IMG/VR virus record: IMGVR_UViG_2778261453_000011
Span: 1 to 13,172 of that record
Source: a virus
Taxonomy: Duplodnaviria; Heunggongvirae; Uroviricota; Caudoviricetes
Length of the DNA stretch: 13,172 bases
Reading direction: 5' to 3' (one strand)
A program made the translations under genes and the position numbers. The notes under the pieces were generated by a model that had not been told where the DNA came from, searched no databases, and was given only the letters and a program-made list of their open reading frames with translations. Of the stretch, positions 7,633 to 13,172 are shown piece after piece; position 1 is the first letter of the stretch; each line of letters begins with the position of its first letter.

Positions 7633-7881
7633 TTACTTTCCATCTGATAAGTCTTTAATCTTTTGAAAAATATCTGGACGTAATTTTTCTTTTGATACGC
7701 CAGTGGTCATTTCAATGAATATCGAGAGCTTTGCAGGGGGACGCTTTTCTCTGTTCAACCAGTTCCAGACATGTTGTTGCTTTACTAAACGACCACTGCT
7801 GGCTGTGAGCTTCCGAGCCAATTCTGATTGACCACCAGCCAGAGCGATTGCCTCTGATAAGGCTAATTGCTCAGGTGTCAT
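7633..7881 (-). CDS. Cro-like / YdaS-family HTH regulator
   Basis: 82 aa, MTPEQLALSEAIALAGGQSELARKL...IEMTTGVSKEKLRPDIF; divergent from the cI-like gene across the operator region; SD AGGAGA. Confidence 0.7.
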   Translation of the reverse strand: MTPEQLALSEAIALAGGQSELARKLTASSGRLVKQQHVWNWLNREKRPPAKLSIFIEMTTGVSKEKLRPDIFQKIKDLSDGK

Positions 7882-8018
7882 AGCTTTCTCCTATCTGTAA
7901 GTAGTAAAGTTGTTGATAACTTCGATTATACAACTACAACAACTTTTATCACAACTTTTAGATGTTGGAAAGCTAAAACATAAAGTTGTAACCTCAATAA
8001 AAACGAGGGGGATATGTT
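7882..8018. promoter_or_regulatory. Right-operator-like region: divergent promoters with repeated AAAGTTGT / ACAACTTT half-sites
   Basis: AAAGTTGTTGATAAC (7906-7920), ACAACAACTTTT (7936-7947), ACAACTTTT (7951-7959), AAAGTTGTAACC (7982-7993) between the divergent cro-like and cI-like genes. Confidence 0.6.
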
Positions 8019-8705
8019 GTGAAAACATTGGCAGAAAGACTAAAAAGCGAAAGAGAAAAAGCAGGAATGAGTCAGGCGCAACTAGCTGAAAAAATTGGAC
8101 TTTCACAACAATCCGTAGCGAAAATCGAGAATGGAGAAACTCAACAGCCTCGGAAAATTAAAGAGATTGCTAAAGTGTTAGGGGTTTCTCAAAAGTGGTT
8201 GCAATTGGGCATTGAGGATAACGCGTCTTTCCCAAACCTTGTTGTAAAGGAGGCTGAAAGTACAACATTAGATCCTGACATTTTTGCAAACATTCCTGTC
8301 CTAGATGTCGAGTTATCAGCGGGTAATGGATGTTTGGCTGAAATAGTTGAATCAACTGTAGACTGGTTCCCGCTAAGAAGGATTGATTTAAGGAAAGCTG
8401 GTGTATGTGTCTCCAATGCAAAGATCGTAAAAATTTGGGGTAATAGTTTACTACCTGTACTTAACAATGGAGATTTTGTTGCTGTTGATGTTTCCCAAAC
8501 AGTTCCTATTCGTGATGGGGATCTTTATGCTATACGTGATGGCGTATTACTTAGAGTTAAAATATTGATCAATTTACCTGACGGTGGTCTGATTCTAAGA
8601 AGTTTCAATAAAGATGAGTATCCAGATGAAATACTCACCTTCGAAGATAGGCGTTCCAGAATTCACGTTATAGGTAGAGTATTCTGGTCATCGCGCACTT
8701 GGTAA
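8019..8705 (+). CDS. cI-type repressor: N-terminal XRE HTH plus C-terminal S24 (LexA-like) autopeptidase domain
   Basis: HTH MSQAQLAEKIGLSQQSVAKIENGE; Ala-Gly cleavage site (LSAGNG); Ser in GNSL and Lys in RVK as catalytic dyad candidates. Confidence 0.85.
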   Translation: MKTLAERLKSEREKAGMSQAQLAEKIGLSQQSVAKIENGETQQPRKIKEIAKVLGVSQKWLQLGIEDNASFPNLVVKEAESTTLDPDIFANIPVLDVELSAGNGCLAEIVESTVDWFPLRRIDLRKAGVCVSNAKIVKIWGNSLLPVLNNGDFVAVDVSQTVPIRDGDLYAIRDGVLLRVKILINLPDGGLILRSFNKDEYPDEILTFEDRRSRIHVIGRVFWSSRTW

Positions 8706-8732
8706 TGCATCAAAAAACACTCCTTCAGAAAT

Positions 8733-8837
8733 TTAGTTACCATTATTACCCGCCTTTTCAATCTTCCTCCCGTGATTTGAGAGTTTCCAATCACGGAAGG
8801 AAAGTGTCCATTGTGTAATTAAAAGCGCATCGTCCAT
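8733..8837 (-). CDS. Possible small ORF (34 aa, MDDALLITQWTLSFRDWKLSNHGRKIEKAGNNGN) convergent with cI
   Basis: Perfect SD AAGGAGG 4 nt upstream of ATG 8837; contains a 12-bp inverted repeat (8767-8778 / 8789-8800); no homology recognised. Confidence 0.2.
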   Translation of the reverse strand: MDDALLITQWTLSFRDWKLSNHGRKIEKAGNNGN

Positions 8838-8879
8838 ACAACCTCCTTTTTTGATAACCCTAGCCCCCATTTCACATCC

Positions 8880-8945
8880 GTCAAAACCACATAAAGTTGT
8901 TGATAACAACCAAAACAACAACTAGATTACAACTTAAAGATGTTG
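8880..8945. promoter_or_regulatory. Left-operator-like region: second copy of the operator repeats, promoter of the plus-strand early operon
   Basis: Exact 15-bp AAAGTTGTTGATAAC at 8893-8907 (identical to 7906-7920) followed by ACAACAACT and ACAACTTAAAG. Confidence 0.5.
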
Positions 8946-9038
8946 CAGTAACGAACAGGCAGGACGCCCACGAAGTAGCCGCCGGTGGCGTATGAATGAC
9001 CGGATGATTCGTTAAATACTATGTGTAAGAGAGCGCAA

Positions 9039-9242
9039 ATGAACCGTTATTTCACATGCTCGTTTTGTGGCGCAAACGAGCTGCAGGCAAAAAAAATCAT
9101 CGCCAAAGGCGGAAAAGATGAAGTTGCTATCTGCTCTGAGTGCGTAGTCTTGTGTGTCGGGGCATTAATCAATATCAGCACAACTATTCATTTCACACCA
9201 AATGAGAATGCGCCTTTAGATGCGCGGAAATCTGGAGGTTAA
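9039..9242 (+). CDS. Small protein with ClpX-type N-terminal zinc-ribbon (C4) domain
   Basis: YFTCSFCGANELQAKKIIAKGGKDEVAICSECVVLCVGAL matches the ClpX zinc-binding domain pattern as I recall it ([32 protein letters not shown]); first gene after the left operator. Confidence 0.6.
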   Translation: MNRYFTCSFCGANELQAKKIIAKGGKDEVAICSECVVLCVGALINISTTIHFTPNENAPLDARKSGG

Positions 9243-9331
9243 AGAACAAAATGAAAGTCCAGATTTTAAACAATAGTGGTGAAGTCGTTTGGGCGTAAAA
9301 CATGACCGCGCGTAGACCAAGGGAGGAAAAA

Positions 9332-9508
9332 GTGGGAATAGTTAGAAATCAAGCAGATATATTGAAAATCAGCTCTGAATTGCTTGGAGTTTTGAAAAGT
9401 GAGCTCACCACACATGGCATCGAGCCCACTGACGAAAATTTAAGTTGGGTTTTGTCGATTATTCAACAATCACTCAAGCCCAGCCTCAGCAAACTTTTTA
9501 TCGAGTAG
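9332..9508 (+). CDS. Hypothetical small protein (58 aa from GTG 9332)
   Basis: SD GGGAGG 5 nt upstream of the GTG; 3' end overlaps a convergent minus-strand ORF by 39 nt. Confidence 0.35.
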   Translation: MGIVRNQADILKISSELLGVLKSELTTHGIEPTDENLSWVLSIIQQSLKPSLSKLFIE

Positions 9509-9661
9509 TGCTTCGAACTTATCGTAAAGCTTGCTTATGTCGTCTATCGGGTTTTCTGACGTACTGTAATTTTTATCTGATGTCATGGCAGCAGTCTGAT
9601 ATGCAGTGTGAGTCTTAACCGATAGTTGGAATAAATAAAGAATTTTTTCTTCTTTGGTCAT
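9470..9661 (-). CDS. Hypothetical small protein (63 aa, MTKEEKILYLFQLSVKTHTAYQTAAMTSDKNYSTSENPIDDISKLYDKFEALLDKKFAEAGLE)
   Basis: SD AAGGAAA 7 nt upstream of ATG 9661; AT-rich; opposite orientation to the surrounding operon. Confidence 0.4.
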   Translation of the reverse strand: MTKEEKILYLFQLSVKTHTAYQTAAMTSDKNYSTSENPIDDISKLYDKFEALLDKKFAEAGLE

Positions 9662-9780
9662 AACTATTTCCTTCTTGGCTATATGAAAACACCAAGATAC
9701 CACCGAGCCTGAAGTGGTGAAAAGACAGGCACATAACAGCTAAGTATTTTCAACCAGAGAGAATCCTTAGCGTTGTGGTG

Positions 9781-10060
9781 AATGCGGCTCAGCGCACGCG
9801 GGTTAAGGTTGAGGCTGACAGTCGACCTTCTGTGGATACCCACCCGTCTGGTGTGCAACCTTCGCCAGGCACCGGGAGGCACCCGGCACCACAACTTTAT
9901 GCTGTGTGTAGTCCTGGCGGTACCAGTTTGTACCCTTGCTTCCGGCTGGTACCGCTCTTTTTACAAAACAGAGAAGAGCATCACCGGACGACGGGCTCAT
10001 AACCCAATCCATCCGGGCGGCTGCCACCGCAGGTGTTCTTCTCTGTTTTGTGGAGAAACT
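9781..10060 (+). ncRNA. Candidate structured noncoding RNA / regulatory element (GC-rich; nested inverted repeats; internal intrinsic terminator)
   Basis: GC-rich island between AT-rich flanks; GGCACC x3 (9859-9883); 10-bp perfect stem plus T-run (9917-9962); 14-bp perfect IR ACAAAACAGAGAAG / CTTCTCTGTTTTGT (9963-9976 / 10038-10051); in-frame translation is R/C/H/W-rich junk. Confidence 0.3.
9917..9962 (+). terminator. Intrinsic terminator (GCGGTACCAG - 19-nt loop - CTGGTACCGC - TCTTTTT)
   Basis: 10-bp perfect inverted repeat followed directly by a T-rich run on the plus strand. Confidence 0.55.
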
Positions 10061-10099
10061 AACCGACCTTGCAGGGTCGATATGATGAGGAGCAGCAAA

Positions 10100-10462
10100 A
10101 TGGCTAGCGAACGCAGTACTGATGTGCAGGCATTTATCGGGGAGCTGGACGGCGGCGTATTTGAAACCAAAACCGGCGCAGTTCTCAGTGAAGTCGCTTC
10201 CGGTGTGATGAACACGAAAACCAAAGGTAAGGTCTCGCTCAACCTGGAAATCGAACCATTTGATGAGAACCGTGTGAAAATCAAACACAAACTCTCATAT
10301 GTTCGCCCAACTAACCGCGGGAAAATTTCCGAAGAAGACACCACCGAAACGCCGATGTATGTCAATCGCGGTGGTCGCCTGACTATTCTGCAGGAAGACC
10401 AGGGACAATTACTGACTCTTGCCGGTGAACCTGACGGAAAACTCCGCGCAGCAGGTCATTAA
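10100..10462 (+). CDS. yfdP: YfdP-like hypothetical protein (120 aa)
   Basis: SD GAGGAG 7 nt upstream of ATG 10100; MASERSTDVQAFIGELDGG...; position and size match the first gene of the CPS-53 yfdPQRS cluster (from memory). The ORF track's longer 9782 start is rejected. Confidence 0.6.
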   Translation: MASERSTDVQAFIGELDGGVFETKTGAVLSEVASGVMNTKTKGKVSLNLEIEPFDENRVKIKHKLSYVRPTNRGKISEEDTTETPMYVNRGGRLTILQEDQGQLLTLAGEPDGKLRAAGH

Positions 10463-10527
10463 TATCGTTCTTAATTAACTGATTATTTATCTCATCACTG
10501 AATATCTTAATATAGTGAGGACTTATT

Positions 10528-11352
10528 ATGTCTCAGAACTTAGACGCAACCGCAATTAATCAAATCCATGCCCTTATTTCTGCTCAGGGTGTTAATGAAA
10601 TTATCAGTAAGATTGGTGCCGATGCTGTGGCATTGCCTGAGAATTTCCGCATTCATGATCTGGAAAAATTTAATTTAAATCGCTTCCGTTTCCGTGGTGC
10701 GCTTTCCACTGCCTGCATCGATGACTTTACCCGTTATTCTAAAGATCTTGCAGATGAAGGCACCCGCTGCTTTATCGATGCCGATAATATGCGAGCCGTC
10801 AGTGTGCTTAACCTGGGTACTATTGATGAACCAGGTCACGCAGATAACACCGCCACTCTCAAACTGAAAAAGACAGCACCGTTTTCTGCTCTGTTGTCTG
10901 TTAATGGCGAGCGTAACTCCCAGAAGTCACTGGCAGAATGGATTGAAGACTGGGCCGACTACCTTGTGGGCTTTGATGCTAATGGTGACACCATTCAGGC
11001 AACCAAAGCGGCTGCGGCAGTCCGTAAAATCACGATTGAAGCAAACCAGACCGCTGATTTTGAAGATAATGACTTCAGCGGCAAACGCTCCCTGATGGAA
11101 TCTGTCGAAGCGAAGACCAAAGACATTATGCCAGTGGCATTTGAATTTAAATGCGTTCCGGTTGAAGGCCTGAAAGAACGTCCGTTTAAATTACGCCTCA
11201 GCATTATCACTGGCGATCGTCCTGTACTGGTTCTGCGCATTATTCAGCTGGAAGCAGTGCAGGAAGAAATGGCTAACGAATTTCGTGATCTGCTTGTTGA
11301 GAAATTCAAAGACAGCAAAGTAGAAACCTTTATTGGTACTTTCACCGCCTGA
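10528..11352 (+). CDS. yfdQ: YfdQ-like protein (DUF2303 family), 274 aa
   Basis: Long clean ORF with SD GTGAGGA; size and position before the HD-domain gene match CPS-53 YfdQ (from memory). Confidence 0.7.
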   Translation: MSQNLDATAINQIHALISAQGVNEIISKIGADAVALPENFRIHDLEKFNLNRFRFRGALSTACIDDFTRYSKDLADEGTRCFIDADNMRAVSVLNLGTIDEPGHADNTATLKLKKTAPFSALLSVNGERNSQKSLAEWIEDWADYLVGFDANGDTIQATKAAAAVRKITIEANQTADFEDNDFSGKRSLMESVEAKTKDIMPVAFEFKCVPVEGLKERPFKLRLSIITGDRPVLVLRIIQLEAVQEEMANEFRDLLVEKFKDSKVETFIGTFTA

Positions 11353-11364
11353 TTTCATTACTGC

Positions 11365-11386
11365 AAATGCCCCTGCGGGGGCATTT
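11365..11386. other. Symmetric hairpin AAATGCCCC-TGC-GGGGGCATTT between yfdQ-like and yfdR-like genes (possible attenuator or terminator)
   Basis: 9-bp stem with 3-4 nt loop directly after the yfdQ-like stop codon. Confidence 0.3.
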
Positions 11387-11480
11387 ATGGAAACGTAATT
11401 AACTCAATAATCGCCGGATGGTGCGGGATTCCTTTTACCCGAATTCAGCGCGGTGCAGCGCATATAAAGTGGAGAACAAA

Positions 11481-12017
11481 ATGTCATTTATTAAAACTTT
11501 TTCCGGGAAGCATTTTTATTATGACAAGATAAATAAAGACGACATCGTGATTAACGATATCGCGGTTTCCCTTTCAAATATCTGTCGCTTTGCAGGACAT
11601 CTTTCACACTTCTACAGTGTCGCCCAGCATGCGGTGCTTTGCAGCCAGCTGGTGCCGCAGGAATTTGCTTTTGAAGCGTTAATGCATGATGCAACAGAAG
11701 CGTATTGCCAGGATATTCCCGCTCCACTGAAACGCCTTCTTCCTGACTATAAACGGATGGAAGAAAAAATAGACGCCGTAATCCGTGAGAAATACGGGTT
11801 ACCCCCGGTTATGAGCACGCCTGTGAAATATGCCGATCTCATCATGCTGGCAACCGAACGCCGCGATCTCGGGCTTGATGATGGCTCTTTCTGGCCAGTA
11901 CTGGAAGGTATCCCGGCAACAGAAATGTTCAAAGTTATTCCTCTGGCTCCGAGCCATGCCTACGGGATGTTTATGGAGCGCTTTAACGAGTTATCGGAGT
12001 TACGCACATGCGCATGA
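11481..12017 (+). CDS. yfdR: HD-domain phosphohydrolase, YfdR-like 5'-deoxynucleotidase (178 aa)
   Basis: H...HD motif (SVAQHAVLCS ... ALMHDATEAY); SD GGAGA before ATG 11481; 178 aa matches YfdR as I recall it. Confidence 0.8.
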   Translation: MSFIKTFSGKHFYYDKINKDDIVINDIAVSLSNICRFAGHLSHFYSVAQHAVLCSQLVPQEFAFEALMHDATEAYCQDIPAPLKRLLPDYKRMEEKIDAVIREKYGLPPVMSTPVKYADLIMLATERRDLGLDDGSFWPVLEGIPATEMFKVIPLAPSHAYGMFMERFNELSELRTCA

Positions 12018-12358
12018 ATGTTTTCGAAATGGAAGGGTTTCTTCGCGGGAAATGTGTACCGCGAGATCTGAAAGTGAATGAAACAAATGCTGAGTATCTG
12101 GTGCGTAAATTCGATGAAGTACGTGCTGAGGCTCGCAACGAGGGTATTAACTATACCGCAAGCCGTCTTGCTGCTGCTTTCAATCACGGATTTATCAATA
12201 AGCCTTTGGCTGAAGTTTTCGACGTTACACGCATGATTCTGTCAGCGAAAGAAGAGTTGGCTAATGAACCGCATCCGATTGATGGCCTGTCTGGTGAATA
12301 TGCGGAGAAATCCCTTGAAGAATGGGCGGAACAGATTCGCAAAGGAGGCAACCAGTGA
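12008..12358 (+). CDS. yfdS: YfdS-like hypothetical protein (116 aa)
   Basis: Overlaps the yfdR-like stop; SD GGAG 8 nt upstream; followed by an overlapping GTG start of the next gene. Confidence 0.65.
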   Translation: MRMNVFEMEGFLRGKCVPRDLKVNETNAEYLVRKFDEVRAEARNEGINYTASRLAAAFNHGFINKPLAEVFDVTRMILSAKEELANEPHPIDGLSGEYAEKSLEEWAEQIRKGGNQ

Positions 12359-12840
12359 CTGGACATGCAGCAATCCTCGACATGTGCTGTGGCAGTCGCA
12401 TGTTCTGGTTCGATAAGAAGGACGACCGGGCGATATTTAGCGATATCAGAAAGGAAGAGCACACATTGTGTGATGGACGGCGCCTGATTATCAGTCCTGA
12501 CCTGATAGCTGATTTTCGTGCACTACCATTTGCAGACGCATCTTTTTCGATGGTTGTATTCGACCCTCCGCATCTTGAGCGTGTCGGTGATAACGCCTGG
12601 ATGGGAAAGAAATATGGACGGCTGAATAAAGACACCTGGCGTGATGATTTGCGGCAGGGATTTAAAGAAGCCTTTCGTGTGTTGCGTCCATACGGCGTTC
12701 TGATTTTTAAATGGAATGAAACGCAAATACCTGTTCGCCAAATATTGGTACTGACCGACAGAAAGCCTGTTATCGGTCAACGAACAGGAAAGGGTGACAA
12801 GACCCACTGGATTATTTTTATGAAGGAGGGCAACCAGTGA
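12355..12840 (+). CDS. Small SAM-dependent (probably DNA) methyltransferase, DPPH motif (orphan)
   Basis: Motif I-like AILDMCCGSRMF and motif IV-like VVFDPPHL; SD AAAGGAGG 6 nt before GTG 12355, which overlaps the yfdS-like stop (GTGA). Confidence 0.65.
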   Translation: MTGHAAILDMCCGSRMFWFDKKDDRAIFSDIRKEEHTLCDGRRLIISPDLIADFRALPFADASFSMVVFDPPHLERVGDNAWMGKKYGRLNKDTWRDDLRQGFKEAFRVLRPYGVLIFKWNETQIPVRQILVLTDRKPVIGQRTGKGDKTHWIIFMKEGNQ

Positions 12841-12989
12841 GCAAGATTGATTATCAGGCGCTACGGGAACGTTATTCACCTAAGCCAGTACCTGAATGCT
12901 CTGTTTGTGGCGAGGAAATGTCAATACAGCGTATATCTGGAGCACATGTCGTTTATGCCTGCTCCAGTTATGGTGGTGATGGAGATTAG
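12837..12989 (+). pseudogene. Small CxxC-containing ORF truncated by the IS2 insertion (stop codon supplied by the first 3 bp of IS2)
   Basis: GTG 12837 overlaps the MTase stop; MSKIDYQALRERYSPKPVPECSVCGEEMSIQRISGAHVVYACSSYGGDGD then TAG = first bases of the IS2 inverted repeat. Confidence 0.4.
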
Positions 12990-13172
12990 ACTGGCCCCCT
13001 GAATCTCCAGACAACCAATATCACTTAAATAAGTGATAGTCTTAATACTAGTTTTTAGACTAGTCATTGGAGAGCAGATGATTGATGTCTTAGGACCGGA
13101 GAAACGCAGACGGCGTACCACACAGGAAAAGATCGCAATTGTTCAGCAGAGCTTTGAACCGGGGATGACGGT
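12987..13172 (+). mobile_element. IS2 (IS3 family) left end, partial; continues beyond window end
   Basis: Left inverted repeat TAGACTGGCCCCCTGAATCTCCAGACAACCAATATCAC from 12987, then insC starting [31 protein letters not shown], both matching IS2 as I recall it. Confidence 0.85.
13078..13172 (+). CDS. insC: IS2 transposase OrfA (InsC), 5' part
   Basis: ATG 13078; N-terminal peptide identical to my recollection of IS2 InsC. Confidence 0.85.

Noticed and set aside
7891-8106. 71-aa minus-strand ORF across the operator and cI start
   Set aside because: It lies in the regulatory region, overlaps the cI 5' end and is low-complexity F/L-rich; there is no room for it between the divergent promoters.
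9251-9298. 15-codon ORF MKVQILNNSGEVVWA
   Set aside because: Too short, and the SD-like GGAGG is 12 nt away and is just the 3' end of the upstream gene.
9781-9962. tRNA or tmRNA-like gene in the GC-rich patch
   Set aside because: No cloverleaf, no GGTTCGAATCC-type T-loop and no acceptor stem could be found.
9953-9962. boxA-like sequence CGCTCTTTTT suggesting a nut site
   Set aside because: It coincides with the 3' arm and T-run of the terminator hairpin and no boxB-like hairpin follows at the right spacing; too weak to call.
9781-10060. Retron msr/msd-like element (flanking inverted repeats, structured GC-rich RNA)
   Set aside because: No reverse transcriptase gene anywhere nearby; the downstream genes are YfdP/Q-like.
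9782-10099. N-terminal extension of the yfdP-like ORF to a 226-aa protein
   Set aside because: The extension is R/C/H/W-rich and lies in the GC-rich structured region; a good SD precedes the internal ATG at 10100.
1-13172. CRISPR arrays, rRNA or canonical tRNA genes
   Set aside because: No regularly spaced direct repeats with unique spacers and no rRNA/tRNA-like conserved segments were seen anywhere in the window.

Overview
This window looks like the early/immunity half of a defective lambdoid prophage (Rac/CPS-53-like, E. coli-type sequence), with an unassignable AT-rich three-gene cassette where the late genes should be. All calls are by eye from the sequence and ORF track; no searches were run. 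Minus-strand operon (7881 down to 2042): Cro/YdaS-like, YdaT-like, two small ORFs, O-like replication initiator with an internal iteron origin, Dam-like methyltransferase, LexA-DNA-binding-domain-only protein, RusA, KilA-N antirepressor, DUF968-like protein, antiterminator Q. Divergent from it is a cI-type S24 repressor (8019-8705) flanked by shared operator repeats. The plus-strand early operon carries a ClpX-zinc-finger-like ORF, small ORFs, a GC-rich structured noncoding element, YfdP/Q/R/S-like genes and a small methyltransferase, and ends in an IS2 insertion. Late and lysis genes are absent: Q is followed by its terminator and then by a ~1.5 kb AT-rich cassette (569-2029; two small soluble proteins plus a 4-TM membrane protein). 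That cassette is my top candidate for an undescribed accessory module (defence or toxin/immunity). Several genes appear disrupted by in-frame stops or homopolymer frameshifts.
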